Origin: Octopus vulgaris
Taxonomy: Eukaryota
Assembly (NCBI GenBank): GCA_951406725.2
Contig: OX597828.1
Location: 57,474,001 to 57,538,000, forward strand
Length of the DNA stretch: 64,000 nt
Reading direction: 5' to 3'
Below are positions 38,614 to 53,572 of the stretch, in pieces. Numbering within the stretch: the first letter of the stretch is position 1; the number at the start of each line of letters is the position of its first letter. The notes under the pieces are model-generated. The model was given only the letters and a program-made list of their open reading frames with translations, did not search any database and had not been told where the DNA came from. A program made the position numbers and the translations under genes.

Positions 38614-41238
38614 ACTTGCTTTCTCTATTTTCCTCCTCGTTCTCCCTCCCTCTCTCTCCTAAAATTCCAAAGGCAACACATTTTACATATCTAAAGTAAT
38701 TTCACATTTATTGTCGAAACGTAAACCATATGACCATCCTAACAGTAAACAGATTTTAATCACTGAGGCACATTTTCAACACCGAGGTGCAGTCGACTGT
38801 ATGCATGCACACTTTAAACTCGTGGTTATTTTATCGGTCCACACTCCAGGAGAGACCAAGTTCGGTTAGATATTATCCGTTCATTGGAATGAGGAAATTT
38901 ATTCATATGAAATATTCATGAAACCGTTCTAATGCCTCCTGTTTTTAGATTTTCCCAAAAGGTTATTCCTTCCGGTGCTTCTCACAACCCACGAAATAAA
39001 ACCTAGGTGACTTATGGGTGAGATCTTAAATATGCGCCATATATTATCTGAAGTAATATCTTTTAGGTAAAAATCGCTTTTATGAATGAAAGGAATATAG
39101 TTGAATTATTAATATCTTCAGTAGTAACAAAAATTAGAATTTTGCATTCCCACTTTACTTCTAAATTTGAATATTTGACAGAATAATGAAAGCAAACAGA
39201 TTAACGCAGCGAAACCCAGAGGTAACTTAATGAAATATCGGAATTTTCAAATCACAATAAAAATTCATTTAATGATTTTTGGGATTGAAATTTAATTAAA
39301 TAGACATGATACAAATAGCAGCTTCCTATTCTATGAGGTTTAATAGTTTATTCATAAATCTCATTCAATTTCAATCAGAACATCCTTTTTTGTATACTGC
39401 TTCATTTCTTCTTTGTTACATCGTATATGTCAATTTCAGCGTTTGCTAAATCTTCTCAATTCCACATGGATTAGAAAATCACAATGTGACATTTATACAA
39501 TCATTTTAAAAACATTAGCAATGCTAATGAATAGACAACCATCAGGAATTGAATTCACCTGTTGAATTATTGATGAGTTTGGTTTTTCAATGATTTGTAG
39601 CCTAGATGTAAAACTTAAACCGTAGACGAAATCAACGAGAAATCAAATTAGAAATTGAAAAGTAAAACTGATTTCGCAGCAGCCCCAGTTCAAATATAAT
39701 TGAAGATAGAAATACAATAAAATATTCTAAAATATTTCTCCAAGTTATTGATGAATTTTGGACGCCAAAGAGAATCTATCGTAAAATAATAGTGTCGTTG
39801 TAAAGGATGAAACATTATATCAGTAAGTATTGGAAAATGAACAGATTCATAATTTCAAAAGAGATTTATGTGTAGGGGTGAAATACAATGCATCGGCTTC
39901 GACCAAGAATGGAAAATCGTCAGATGGTTTCATTGCACTGAATTGATCCTCTTACTTTGAGACTTTTCGAACACTAAACCATAAACTAACTTGATATGAT
40001 TGAATTCAGATCTAAAGTAAAGGATTAGTCGATATTACATTTGATTGGAAGGAGATTGACATGCAAGTAGAGGGAAAGAAATGCCAAGGAAATTACATAA
40101 TGATTTTATATAGTGTCACAAAATACATGATGCGATTTCGAAATAAGTGCTGAATTAACAAAAAAGTATGTGCGCATGAGTATGTACGTGTATGTGTGTA
40201 TGTGATTGAGCTGATGAGTGTGTGCATGCTGTAGCTACTATGGTTGGATCAAATTCTATTTCGAGTAGTGTCTTTTTGCGGATATCTTTTAAATGATAGA
40301 CGTGACACTAAAAGCTGTATATCGCATTTCTCATGGCTGAATGTGTACCAGAAACCGAAAATATTTGAAACACTTAAGTTGTTAATCATACGCAAATAAA
40401 GAAAAATACTTTTAAGGGTATAAAAATTATGTTTTACAAACAATATTTGCAGTTAAATACATCATAAATATATGCAGGAAAGTTTGATTTAATAAGATCT
40501 TTAACAGAACTTTATTTCATGAAATATTTACACTTAAGATTCCGGAGCTGTGTCATCTCTCCTCTCCCCTTCTACCATATTATGAGTCCCAACATTTGAG
40601 AATACATAGGCGAAAAACAGCCATACAATTAGACTCGAGATTTATTAATCAGAAATTTCTTTTTATAACAGAACATGAAATCAGAAAACAATGATTTAAG
40701 ATACACAACGGAAAAAGACCTATTTCAAAGATTAAGCCTGAAGATGATAAAAGAAAATATTTTCATATTTCTAAGGAAATGGGGAAGATTATTCAATTGA
40801 AAACATATACACGATGTAAGATCATTTTCAGTGGCGCCTTTCATACTTTCTAAAGTATTTTTTTTTTATCTCAAGTCGAAAATCATACTAAACTATTCGT
40901 GGAGGTTATGTACTGGAAGAGCCCACTTATATTTTTGCGATAAAACAAAACTTTCGCTTTAACATGGGATTGGTTAACAACAATTTCAAGAAATATGGGT
41001 GGCATGAAGTCTGAGACACCCAAGCACAATAAGAAACGCAATGAACAGATAGGAAATATAAATTGCAGTTAAATATTGTACAGGAATATGAATGATTAAT
41101 TAGTTCTCTTTGAAATCATTCGGTTCTGTCCAAATTCGACTTGAGACACAAATATATTAATGCCTTCTGAGTGAGGTAACCAGACGAAAATAGTGTGGCA
41201 GTGTGTCATGTATGTATGCATGCATGTATGTATGTATG

Positions 41239-41269
<31 letters not shown>

Positions 41270-41329
41270 GTATGTATGTATGTATGTGTGTGTGTGGTTA
41301 TGTGGTAGTTCAGACGTTGTTGTGTGAAG

Positions 41330-41895
41330 GTACTGATGTGAGTGTATAATAAGGAATTTTCTTCTCAACCAGATGGTTTCGGAAACAGATCCACTGTGTG
41401 GTGCCTTGAACGAATGCCTTTTACTATAGCCTCGGGCCGACCAAAGACCTGTGAGTAGATTTCGCTTGCAGAAAGTGGGAAACCAAAAGAAGCCCATCGT
41501 ATAGATAGATAAAATAGCTAGATTGACGCATAGATAGATAAACATATAGATAGATGGATAGATAGATAGATAGATAGATAGATAGACAGACAGACAAATA
41601 TATAAGTATTTATCTATAAGTGTGTGTTTGTGTGTATGTGCGTACGTCTTTAAGTTATATATTCAAATATGTGTGCGTGCGCATGTGTTTGTGTGTGTGT
41701 GTGTGTGTTAGTTCTTGTCCACCACAACCGCTTTACAACCGGTGATAGTTTGTTTACGTACCGACGCTTTATCGATTTAGCAAAGTCACCAGGTTAAAAG
41801 TAGATACTGGGGCCTATTTGTTTGATATAACTCTTCAAGGCTGTACGCTGGTATGGCTGAAGTCCTTTCGCAGAAACAATCAAAAGATAAAAAGA
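41330..41895 (+). mobile_element. SINE family B with expanded internal (TAGA)/(TG) microsatellite
   Basis: actatagcctcgggccgaccaaag..tgtgagtagattt..gaagcccatcgt, then a microsatellite, then cttgtcc..acaaccggtg..tgtttacgt..gaaacaatcaaaaga. Confidence 0.75.
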
Positions 41896-42724
41896 AATCG
41901 TTGTAAAAGCAAGAAGAGACGAACACGCGGAGTTAAGAAGAGAAAGTCCAGTAATAGAGAAACTGGAAAGGGTTTAGATCTGAATATAAGTTTTATTTTC
42001 TTACGTACGAACGCTTCGTGTCATTTTATCGGATCACAAAATCAATTTGCTTTGACTGCAGCTGATAACTTACCTGTGGGTGGCGAGCGAATCATTCTGT
42101 CCATAATTCTGTTATTTTCACTCGGTAAATAATTTAATTTCTAATCTCTTGCCGTTTTTCAATTTTGGTGTCCTTAATATCATGATTGCGCCTCCATATT
42201 TCTGACTTATCACTCTGCAGCTTTCTGGCTTCCTTGTATTTCTCATTTTATATCGCTACCATAGTGTCTGACCATCACACCTACACACAAGCACACACTA
42301 AAACACACATTCACACGCACAGACACACAAGTATGAAGATATGTACATATATACGTGAGTGCATGTATATATATTTTTTCATACCTGTATTTATCTATAT
42401 TACCATATGCACACTATTGTATATGTGCATTATAAGTATATGTACATTATTTAAAGAACTAGATCACTTTCATTGCAATATACATTAAACACATTTACAT
42501 ATTTATTACAAACTGGGAGATTTGCAATTTGTAATTTATATAACGCGGAATCATTATTCTATGGGTTCAATTAATCTCCTTATATATCACAAACAGATGT
42601 TGCTGGTTGCTACTGATAAATACATCGAAACTACGAAAATGTTTATGCGAATAATGTATTCGGCTTAAAGTTAGACAAGTCAAAATTGAAATTTTAGTAT
42701 TATATGTATGTATCTCTCACTCTC

Positions 42725-42792
<68 letters not shown>

Positions 42793-42801
42793 CATATATA
42801 T

Positions 42802-42861
<60 letters not shown>

Positions 42862-42900
42862 GAAACAACATATACACGAAACAATAGTGTATAGCAAATA

Positions 42901-43003
42901 AGGCAGCGAACTGGCAGAAACGTTAGCACGCTGGGCAAAATGCTTAGCGTTATTTCATCTGTCTTTAGGTTCTGAGTTCAAATTCCGCCGAGGTCGGCTT
43001 TGG
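42901..43003 (+). mobile_element. SINE family A head
   Basis: ggcagcgaactggcagaaacgttagcacg...gagttcaaattccgccgaggtcg. Confidence 0.85.
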
Positions 43004-43200
43004 CATAACGGTCTTTTTTCATAGCGTTTTTCAGATGGCCAGATAGCCGAAGGGATGGTGTTGTGGATTTCCACCTCGTCATCTGAGTTTTATCTTGGCT
43101 ACCGAATAATTGTCACATATTATTTTACAGATAAATTTCCTCTATTTACATAATATTAAGGTCTCTTTCTTTCTTTCGTTATCTTACCGTTTTTACCAAT

Positions 43201-43249
<49 letters not shown>

Positions 43250-43410
43250 TGTGTGTATATATGCATGTGTGCGTGTGAGAGAGAGAGATAGAGACAGACA
43301 GTCAGACAGACAGATAAATCAGTGTCTTTGACTGTGCTTGTGTGTGTGTTTGTGTGTGCGTGCGTATCTCTCTACCTGTGTATAAACCATGGTTGGCACA
43401 CGAAAGAATA

Positions 43411-43597
43411 AGGCGGCGGACTGGCAGAGATGCTTAGCGTTATTTCGTCCGTCTTTGTGTTCTGAGTTCAAATTCCGACGAGGTCGACTTTGCCATTTAT
43501 CGTTTGGTGGTCGATAAATAAATACCAGTTGCGTAATGGGGTCGATCTAATCGATTGACCCCCTCCCACAGAATTCCGAGCTTTGTGTCTACAGTAG
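43411..43597 (+). mobile_element. SINE family A
   Basis: Same head, B box and gtcgataaa..accag domain. Confidence 0.85.
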
Positions 43598-43728
43598 AAC
43601 AGTATGTTGAATAGTAAATAAATTTATTGACCAGTTCAATTATGTCCACACCTATCTGACCTGCTAAAAGGTCATTTTTCACAGAAATTTGCCGTGCAGA
43701 AAGAATTTTCATTTTTAAGCGAGGGCTA

Positions 43729-45041
43729 CGAATTGGTCTCAAAAGATTCTCAGACTAGTTCTGTAGCACTCCAACAGATGGCAGCGCTCAGTTTCGGGTG
43801 CAGTGAGAGCTAGCATCGACTTTATTGAGGTAGTGTACTGTGTGATATCGCTGTATTTACTTCACAAGTTGTGAAGTCTGTTTCTTTATGTCTTTTGTGA
43901 TTACGAGTATGCTGTAGTCTGCGATTTTGTGATGGACAGGCAGTTGGAATAAAAGGCCAATGCTAAATTTTGCGTTAAATAAGGGAAGCCTGCTACAGAG
44001 ATATTCAGCATGCTTCGGCAAGCTTACGGTGACGAGGCCATGTGTCGTACGGAATGTATTTTGTGGCACAGGGGCTTCAAAAGCGAAAGGACGTCTCTGG
44101 AAGACGATGAGAGATCCAGAAGACCTGCTACGAGTGTCACCCCCGGAAAAGCGGAGAAAATTTTTCAGCTTGTCCATGCGGTTCGTCACCGGAAAATCAA
44201 CGACAATGCTAATGCTGTTAGTCTGTCCTAGGGGCCCACGCAGGCAATTCTACCGTCTGAATCGAACATGTGGCGTACCTCTGCCAAGTTTGTTTCCCAC
44301 CTTCCGACCATTAAGCAGAAAGAACAACGCATCGATGTCTGTGTAGATCTCTGTCAGCGGTATGCTGATGATCTATCCTTCATTTCGAAGATCCTCAGAC
44401 GAAACAGCAGTAGTCACAGTTGAAGAGCCCGTCTCTTCAACGACCGAAGAAGTCACGACAGATCAGCAGCTCAATTAAGAGAAAGCTTCTTTTTTTGTTT
44501 TTATTCGACATCCGCGGTAATGTGCATCGAGAGTTCGTTCCTCAAGGCGAGACTGTTAATCGGGAGTTCTAGTGCGACATTTTGAATCGTTTGAGGGAGG
44601 ACATTCGGGGAAAGCGACCAGATCTGTGAAGTGCAAAGCATTGGACTTTTCACGACGGCAATACATTCTGTCACCAAGCTCTTCTCACTCGTGAGTTTCC
44701 CGCCAAAAAACAACATGTTGTCCCTTCTACATCCTCTCTATTCACCAAATTTAGCAGATGCTTACTTCCATCTCTTCTCAAAGATTAAAATGAAGCTCAA
44801 AGTTGCTGTTATTCTGTCCTATGGGCCCTCGCCGTTTTAAGATATTGTTGCCAATATCAAGATCGAAGCGTAGAAAGTTATCGGCTCGCTTACGGAAAAT
44901 GACTACCAGGCTGAATTCCAAAAGTGACCGGAAGCTGGGACCAAACTATTGCTGCGCAAGGTGATTATTGCGGAAGAGATTGTTAAAACTTAGGCAAAAA
45001 AGTTATTTTTTATTAAACAACTAGTCCGGGAACTTCGATGT
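43729..45041 (+). mobile_element. Full-length decayed mariner (DD34D-type) transposon, ~1.3 kb
   Basis: KFCVK*GKPATEIFSMLRQAYGDEAMCRT..WHRGFKSERTSLEDDERSRRPATS, SAKFVSHL (WVPH-like), HPLYSPNLA (YSPDL); degenerate TIRs (..ttctcagactagtt / aactagtccgggaactt..). Confidence 0.9.
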
Positions 45042-45084
45042 ATAAAACACCAAAGCCAGATTGTAGCACACCCCATGGACAAAT

Positions 45085-45345
45085 ATACCAAAATGAGTCA
45101 AAAGCCTTTTCGTATTGCAAGTTTTAATTAATAGTCCATACAAATTACATACGAAAAGTGTTTATTCATCCAACTATCTCCACCATGGTCTACTGTTTGG
45201 CTTGTTTAGGAGCAAAATCTTCTTGCACCCATTTCAACCTCATCCATACTGTTGAACCTCTGTCCATGCATAATATGAACCATGGCTAAGAAAAGATGGT
45301 AATCTTGATGGTGTAAGGTCTTAGTTGCACACAGTGTGAAGCAGC
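45085..45345 (-). mobile_element. mariner transposase 3' fragment
   Basis: DYHLFLAMVHIMHGQRFNSMDEVEMGARRF. Confidence 0.75.
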
Positions 45346-45558
45346 ACTTTGAGTCACTGAACTTCCTCGTGTTTGCGCTTGGTCTCATTGGCAGTTTGTG
45401 CAGGGGCTCTGTAAGCCTTAGGAGTGCGCGCGAGAAAGAGCTGTAGGAAGGTAAGGAAACGCAGAAAATTTGAGAAGAAAGAATGAGAGAAAAGAATAAA
45501 TTGGAAGTTACCTAGACTCAAGAGGAAGGATAGGCATACATGCATGCGTACACATATA

Positions 45559-46420
45559 TGCGAGGGTCGGTTGAAATTTGATAAGCTGAACAAGATTCTC
45601 TCATGGGAAGTGACCAAATGAGGTTTATTTTTTAACACCCCGCACATTCTTTATATAGATTTTCAGTGCTTGGATCCCAATGATGAAGGGTGTTTCACCC
45701 TGTTGGTCAGAAAAGCCAACAGCATCAGATATGGCGTCATCATCACTGCAATATTGGATCCCAGCCATGTGTTTATTCGTGCTGGAGAACATATGAAAGT
45801 CAAATAGGGCCAAAGTAGGGTAATAGGGAGGGTGGTAGATCAGTTAAAGCCACAATCACAGTATCCATTGAAACAAAGGACTCGATTGCTATATACAATT
45901 ATCTTGATCATAAAAGACGCTTTCGTCAGTTTTCTTGGGTGTTTGATTTTCATATCCTTTTGTAACAACCTCAGCAAGTTGGCATAGTATTCTGTATTGA
46001 TGATGTGGTTTTTTGAAGATAGTCAATAGGCTCAATGCCTTTGCATCCCAAAAAAAAACTGAAGCCATCACTTTCTCTGCAGATGAAACGACGCTGGCCA
46101 CCGTCTTTAGAGTAGGTTGAGGACGGATGATTCCACTACATGGATTGCTTCTTTATCTCTGGCCCAAAGTGATGAACCCAACGCTTATCCTAGATTAGAA
46201 GATGGTCGACCTCAGATAATGTTAAATTTTCCCATAATATGATCCGCCTGCTGCGCTTTTAATCAGATGTAAGAAGACATAGTACTCACTGCGTAAACAT
46301 CTTTGTCGTGGCATGTTTATCGTGCAGACTATTCTCAAATCTCTCATGTGATATCTTAAGAGCATTGGTTATTTAATTTATATTCAATCGCCTGTCATCC
46401 TTCACCATTTGGTGAGCACT
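45559..46420 (-). mobile_element. Decayed mariner element with one TIR
   Basis: WVHHFGPEIK..SM*W, SSAEKVMASVFFWDAK, DFHMFS..KHMAG..Y.SDDDAISDA; TIR-like tgcgagggtcggttgaaa at 45559. Confidence 0.8.
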
Positions 46421-46976
46421 GCAGGCGGCTTTTAAGCAAGTCTATGCCTTCTAAGCAACTGACCCTGAATAGTAAGATCTGCAAACAGATCTCTGACTTC
46501 TTTTAGAGAATTAGTTGCAATTTCTTCCTCTAGGACCAATGATGATCATATTCGTCGCAAGAAATCACCAAAATCTCAAGAAATTACCAAAATCATGAAA
46601 TCGCCAAAATCAATCGCAGTAATGAAATTATAGGAATCTAAAATTTCAGGATTGCAGGTCTGTATTCGGCCAGGAATTTTCTTAATTTACTCATGGATTT
46701 AGCCTTTAGATTATAAAAATTGTTATCGCATAAAAAAATTTGTCGCAAAAGGCACGTAAAAAATCGGCGAAATATATCAGAGTAACGAAGACTTGGGAAT
46801 CCAAAATTTCAGGATTGTGGATCCGGTTACGGTGTGGAATGTTTTTAATTTACTCACGGAGTCAGCCTGATTTCAAAATGATATATGTTGGACTACGACT
46901 TCTAGGAGTGAAGTTGCAAATGTGTGACACACTGATACACTGACATTCACATTTATTATATCATATTATTATAGTA

Positions 46977-47365
46977 AGGCTACGATCTGGCAGAATCGTT
47001 AGCGCGCCGGGCGAAAAGCTTAGCGGTATTTCGGCTGCCGCTGCGTTCTGAGTTCAAGTTCCGCCGAGGTCAACTTTGCCTTTCATCCTTTCGGGGTCAA
47101 TAAATTAAGCACCAGCTACGCACTGGGGTCGATGTAATCGACTTAGTCCGTTCGTCTGTCTTTGTTTGTCCCCTCTGTGTTTAGCCCCTTGTGGGTAGTA
47201 AAGAAATAGGTATTCCGGCTGCCGTTATGTGCTTTGAGTTTGAATTCTAACGAGGTCGACTGTGCCTTTCATCCTTTTGGGGTCAATAAAATTAGTACCA
47301 GTGTCGATGGAATCGACTTAATACCTTCCCCTAAAATTTGAGGCCTTGTGCTTCCAGTAAAAAGG
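46977..47365 (+). mobile_element. SINE family A, two tandem units
   Basis: Head, B box and gcctttcatcctttcggggtcaataaa domain repeated twice. Confidence 0.9.
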
Positions 47366-47457
47366 ATTTATTAAAGTTAAAAAAGTGTGACACACTGACA
47401 TTCACATTTATTAGATATGTTTAATTTTGGGGATACTTTATTTCAATTAAAGTATAT

Positions 47458-47530
<73 letters not shown>

Positions 47531-47994
47531 GTGCCTGTGTGTTTATTAAAGAAGGCAAAATATAAAACAAAAATGATAGGGTTCAGTATGTTGGCGACCG
47601 GAATTTCTGTCAAAAGGACATGGATAAACAAAATTGTACATCATCCCCTTTCTCTCACACACACATCCCTTTCTCTCTCTTTATTACTCCCACTACACTT
47701 CTACTTTTAATAACATCAACGTCATCAACTCTCCCTGGATTTCATTCTCTTTCTCTCCCTCTGTTTCCTTTCTCTCTCACTATCTCTCTCTCTTTGCCAC
47801 CACTCTAACCATCGTTATGTCTACTATAATCTTGCCCCATCATGAGTAATAGTAGGAGTGTCATTGAACATTGAGAGGGCGCGACTGTGACACAGAAACA
47901 CAGAAATTAGTTTTCGAATTTATTATATTATATTATATTATATTATATTATATTATATTATATTATATTATATTATATTATATTATATCATATA

Positions 47995-48030
<36 letters not shown>

Positions 48031-48693
48031 TGTATGTATGTATGTATGTATGTATGTAGGCATTTCGGGAACTGTTCTGCTCTGTTACTCTAAATCGAGC
48101 ATATTAAGCATGTGAAGTTTCACTTAAGTTCCGAATATTTATCTGCCGAAGCCGATGATAATAGCTTGTGATATCTAACCTGGTAAGGAGATTAATGCAA
48201 CCGAAAAATTAATCATTCCACATTACAAATCTTACATTTTGAAACGGATATTTTAATGGTCTTCTTGAAATGAATATATGTACCGATTATTTTTAACATG
48301 CCTATGTGTGTTCTTCTTTTATGACTGGAATCACAGCAGCTAACTGAAGAAAAATTATGAAATCAATGTTAGAATTTTAAGCAATTTGCAATCCTCGAAT
48401 TACCAATTAGCATATTTTGTGCAAATCATTTTAACACATAAATTTAATATTGAAAACGGTTACTAATTTGCAGACAAGTAGTACATCGAAATATTCTACT
48501 AGCAAGCTAATTGCGGTTGCTACACAACATGGTGTATATCTGGAAGAGATTAATAGGCAGAGGAATTGACTTTAGAATAGACATGTGTGTGCGCGCGCGC
48601 GTGTGTGTGTGTGTGTATGTGAGTTCTGTTTAGTTTCGACGAACAAGCGGACCAGATACTTTGAGTATGTGCGGTCGATATTGTTTATATTGT

Positions 48694-48752
<59 letters not shown>

Positions 48753-48775
48753 CATATATATATATGCATAAATAT

Positions 48776-48815
<40 letters not shown>

Positions 48816-49033
48816 TGTGTGTGTGCGTGTAAAGAAAATTAATATTCCCACGGACGAAAAAATGTAGGCGAGTTTGTTTTGGGGTTTAAAAATGCACCTG
48901 AATTTGAAAAGTGTGTAGTGGCTCATAAATAAATATATTTACATACATACCATGTATGTAAATAACTCTATTGATAAACAACTTCACAATTTTCAAACTC
49001 AGGTATATTATCAAACTCTTAAACAAATTCTCC

Positions 49034-49074
<41 letters not shown>

Positions 49075-49201
49075 CTGTGTGGGTCGAGCCAGTTGTAGTT
49101 CAGACATCCGTCGCTAGAAGACACTTGATGCGACTCTGTAATTAGTATGCCGACCGGCGTTATCGTGTGTGATCTTACTGATATGTGGTGTGTCATAGTT
49201 T

Positions 49202-49254
<53 letters not shown>

Positions 49255-50090
49255 ATACTCCCGTATTCGGGAAGTTAAAACTTAGATGTGGCCTATGATC
49301 AGAGTGTTTTCATCTGTGTATCGAAGAGACATATATTCCTTTTTGCTGGATTGTTGGAATCTAATTTTACAAATGTCTGGAATTGCAATTCCGAATGGGC
49401 CAGAGAACAGGGTAGTAAATGAAAGAAAAACTATGATTGATGTTACAAGGGTCTATGAGGTGCAGTGCCATGATTTGCAGCTATGTCTTATGTTCAAAAG
49501 ACAGCATCGTTGAGGACGTTTTGCAGTTGACGGAGTAAGTCGGAAGTAAAATTGAGTCATTTATATTATTTACTTTTTATTTACTTTTTGTTCAACAGGA
49601 AGCTGTTATTCACAATGTCTTCACATGACCTCTCAGACTTTTGAGGTTCATTCGACAAATAGTTCTCTTATGTAGCTACGAAACATGTAGCACAAGCATT
49701 CAATCGCGTTTGGAGAGTCAAATTATGCACGACCAAAGAATGAATAATATGTAAATCGGGAGTGTTAGACTGGACATATTACGCAACACAACACTAGGTC
49801 CGACGAGAGGAAGTCACTGGAGTAGCGGTAGATGAGATAACTTAAGTGCATTTGTGGACCACAGGCTGAAAGAGGTATTAAGCAATCACATACCAAATAG
49901 CAGATTGCATTGTATATATTTGAAACAGCTGCTAAGAAAAATATAAATATGATATATAACTTAAACCTATGTTTTTCTATTTAACTCTAATTATACATGT
50001 ATGTATATGTGGACTTGTGTGTGCATATATATCTTACATATATGCACATATCGACATATGTATATATGTATATTTTTTTTTTCCATATAT

Positions 50091-50135
<45 letters not shown>

Positions 50136-50425
50136 GTATAAAACAGTAAACATATAAATATATATTAAATTAGAGGTAAAACCAGTATTAGGCAAATCAA
50201 ACAATGAAAAACTTAAGCGAATACATAAAATTAATTAATTTATATTATTTTAAATATATATCAAAAGTATTATAAGTTTAATAAAAGAATACGGAAACGA
50301 ACAAATACGCGAGTATACGTTGAAATATTCTAACTAGGAAAAAAGTACAAGATTGTCCGTAAACATGTATTTTTGACCTTTCTTTGCGAAGATAATATAT
50401 ATATATATGTCTGTATGTATGTATG

Positions 50426-50508
<83 letters not shown>

Positions 50509-51109
50509 TGTTGCATATGGTTACTGTTTCTGGGGTATCCCAGCCATTGGACCATCATCGTATCGAGCGAAGAATTTGTAAGTTGTGTATTCCGTCTTCC
50601 GAGATTGGATAGTGGAAGAATGTTCCTCCTCCTCACTATTTTGTACTATTTTACCATTCATTATTTAGATAAATTTTAGATTGAATTAAATGTAATTAAA
50701 TGTCCTTGTCTTGCCCTGCCTAATTGTGTCTTTCCTCACTATGGACATATATGTGTGTGTGTGTGTGTGTTTCTGCGTATATGTATATATTGTTGTATAT
50801 GATTTTTTTGTATTCATGTGAAAATTTAAGCACCACCAATCATTCTAAATCAATTGTTGCACATAAGCGTGCTATTCGGATTACCGATATAGTGTTTCGT
50901 CAGCTTTATTCAAAAGGGAAATTATCTAATACATGTTTAGACTATTTCAACGTATACTCGCGTATTTGTTTGTGTTCGTATTCTTTTCTGTGTGTGGTTA
51001 TGTGCGCCTGTGATTTACATCAGCATGTTAGTTTATGAATTGATCCTTTGTTATTACTAATTCTTATTAACACTACTTCAATGTTACTATGTACTTTTCA
51101 AAGAATAAT

Positions 51110-51450
51110 TTTTTAATTCATATCCACAACAATTACATTCCACGTAATAATATAAATCTTTTTTAGTTTCGAATATTTCTTTTCCGAATAGCTCCAAGGA
51201 ATATAACAAATCTGATGTCACGTGATCATCCGATTTTGTTAAATCTAATTCCCAACATAAAGCCAGCATTTTCTTCTTTTGACCTTTATTTGCGAAGATA
51301 ATTTTTTTCTTTATGTTAATAAATTGTTATAACAATTTGTTTTCTGCTTCAAAAAAATTATGCTGTTTTCTTTTGAACATTCTCAGTTAAGATATGGACA
51401 TCTTTTGATGTCTTTACAACACACCATTTTACTTTTGGCTTGATTTTTTT
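51110..51450 (-). pseudogene. Heavily decayed PLE GIY-YIG endonuclease remnant
   Basis: CCKDIKRCPYLN*ECSKENSII ... LYVGN ... IITWNVI follows the CxC-CP-C-N / YIG / IxW order seen at 36.7-37.1 kb. Confidence 0.35.
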
Positions 51451-53337
51451 GTTCTATTTCTTTCATTCTCCTCTCTATGGATACTTGATATTGTATTAGA
51501 TGTGAATGTTTTACACGGACACACAGACACATTCAATTATTTATATATGTTCTCACTTGTATACTTACAGACTTATATATATGTATTTACATATATGTGT
51601 GCATATATATATATATATATATATAATTACATACACTCACAAATGAAATGTATGCCTTCGAACTGACATACTTCAATATGCCACATGATTATAATCTCCA
51701 GATACAGCACAATGTATCGCGTATCATGCTAAGATACATTTCTAGACATAACACTTAACCAATCATGCTATTATCTAACGTTCATTTCCAGTATCAGAAA
51801 TATTTCGTAGTCTAAATGCACGCTGATATCTGCATTGGAATTTGATATGTCTGAATTTTGATTTTTATAGTCACATAGATTTTTCATTTGCATAAAATAC
51901 TTTTAATGAAGTAGTGCTACCAATTTAATCAGCTTAATGACGATGATCTGTCTAATTTGTTGATGATACTATCTACTTTTGTAGCAAGAGGGGTGTGGTA
52001 TGGCCCTATGTGGTTAAGGGCGGTGTTCTTAAATTCGTCTGAGGGATGCTCCAATGCCGAGCATGAAATATTAGATTACTTCAATATTTTAAAATTGTAA
52101 AATTTGTAAATAATAAAACATGAAAATTAGACTAAGTTGGAATTCCATTGACAAGACTATATATATATTTATACGAGGTAAGAGGGGAGTTAGTAAATAC
52201 GATTGGATGCCTCAATCAGCATATTGTAAAGACGAAACATCAAAAAATAGGTAGGCGTTTTACCTTAAAGAAAATTGTCTCTTCAACCTAGAATAACAGG
52301 GTCAATGAAGTAGTCGCAGAATTTAATACTCAATGTCGAAAAGTTCAATGTGACGTTATTAAATTTAAATATTTGATTACGTGTGTTCCAATACTACAAG
52401 AAATTATTAATATGAATATAAATAAATTCGTAATATTACATCATGGATTATATTTATATTAATATAATGTAATGTAATGTATATAATGTAATGTATATAA
52501 TGTAATATTATATATTTGCGTTTCTATTCACGAAAGTTATATTCCATGTAGTGTTTAAACGCACGTAACTAAGTAATGAAATATTATAACATATAATTTT
52601 CACTCTTGAATTTGTTACACACAGCCACATATGTTTATATATATATATTTATATATATATATTATATAAATATGTATGTATATTTGTATATATATATATT
52701 TATATATAATAAGTGTGAGTGCTGGGGTTGTCTCCATATTCGTGTTTGTCGGTGTGTGTGTGTGTGTGTGTGTGTCTGTGTGTGTGTGTGTGTGTGCGCG
52801 TGTGCGCGTGTGCGTGTGTGAGTGAGTGTTTCTGTTTCTGATCCAACTTTTCTGATATTGAAAAAAGTTCCATTAAAAAATGAAATTGCAGTGAAATTTT
52901 AATGTTCATATCTTGAAAAATTTTTCATCTCTATGTTTTTGATTATATATTCTATTTGTTTTTCATTTCATTTGTTGCTGCGATGTGGAACTTTCTATTC
53001 TAGTTTTGTAGGTATCGCCAGAAGTTCTCTATTTTCAGTCACGTATATATTCACATGTACAATACATCTAGGAATACATGGTTGTATGGGACGTTATTTT
53101 TTTCCCTTCAATCCTTTCTGTCGTAGGCTGGAAACGACAAAATATTTTCCATTCTTCTCTAATGTTAAACTAATACACCTGCTGGTCTGTTCCTTCACTT
53201 TCCTCCGTCTTTTATTTTCTGTAAATTTGAAATAATAAAACATGAAAATTAGACTAAGTTGGAATTCCATTGACTAGACTATATATATTTATATACATAT
53301 ACATATTTATACACATATACATATATACATACACACG

Positions 53338-53375
<38 letters not shown>

Positions 53376-53444
53376 AGGAATAAGCACATAAATGCGAAAC
53401 AAGTTGGAAACAATACTACTCGAATACCAGAAGAATTCCAAACA

Positions 53445-53488
53445 AAGCAGTCTGACGAAGGGGAGCGTGAAACTCTGAGTAACAGTTT
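53445..53488 (+). ncRNA. Hammerhead motif in a short PLE-type fragment (53375-53512) between (TA)n tracts
   Basis: aagcagt-CTGACGA-aggggagcgt-GAAA-CTCTGAG-TA-acagttt; canonical core, one stem I mismatch, weak stem II. Confidence 0.6.
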
Positions 53489-53510
53489 TTGTGATATTAC
53501 TGCTGCTTTT

Positions 53511-53570
<60 letters not shown>

Positions 53571-53572
<2 letters not shown>

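Noticed and set aside
46540-46965. Internally duplicated repeat with a Helitron-like 3' end
   Set aside because: An internal duplication (~46633 and ~46796) is visible but termini are too unclear to classify.
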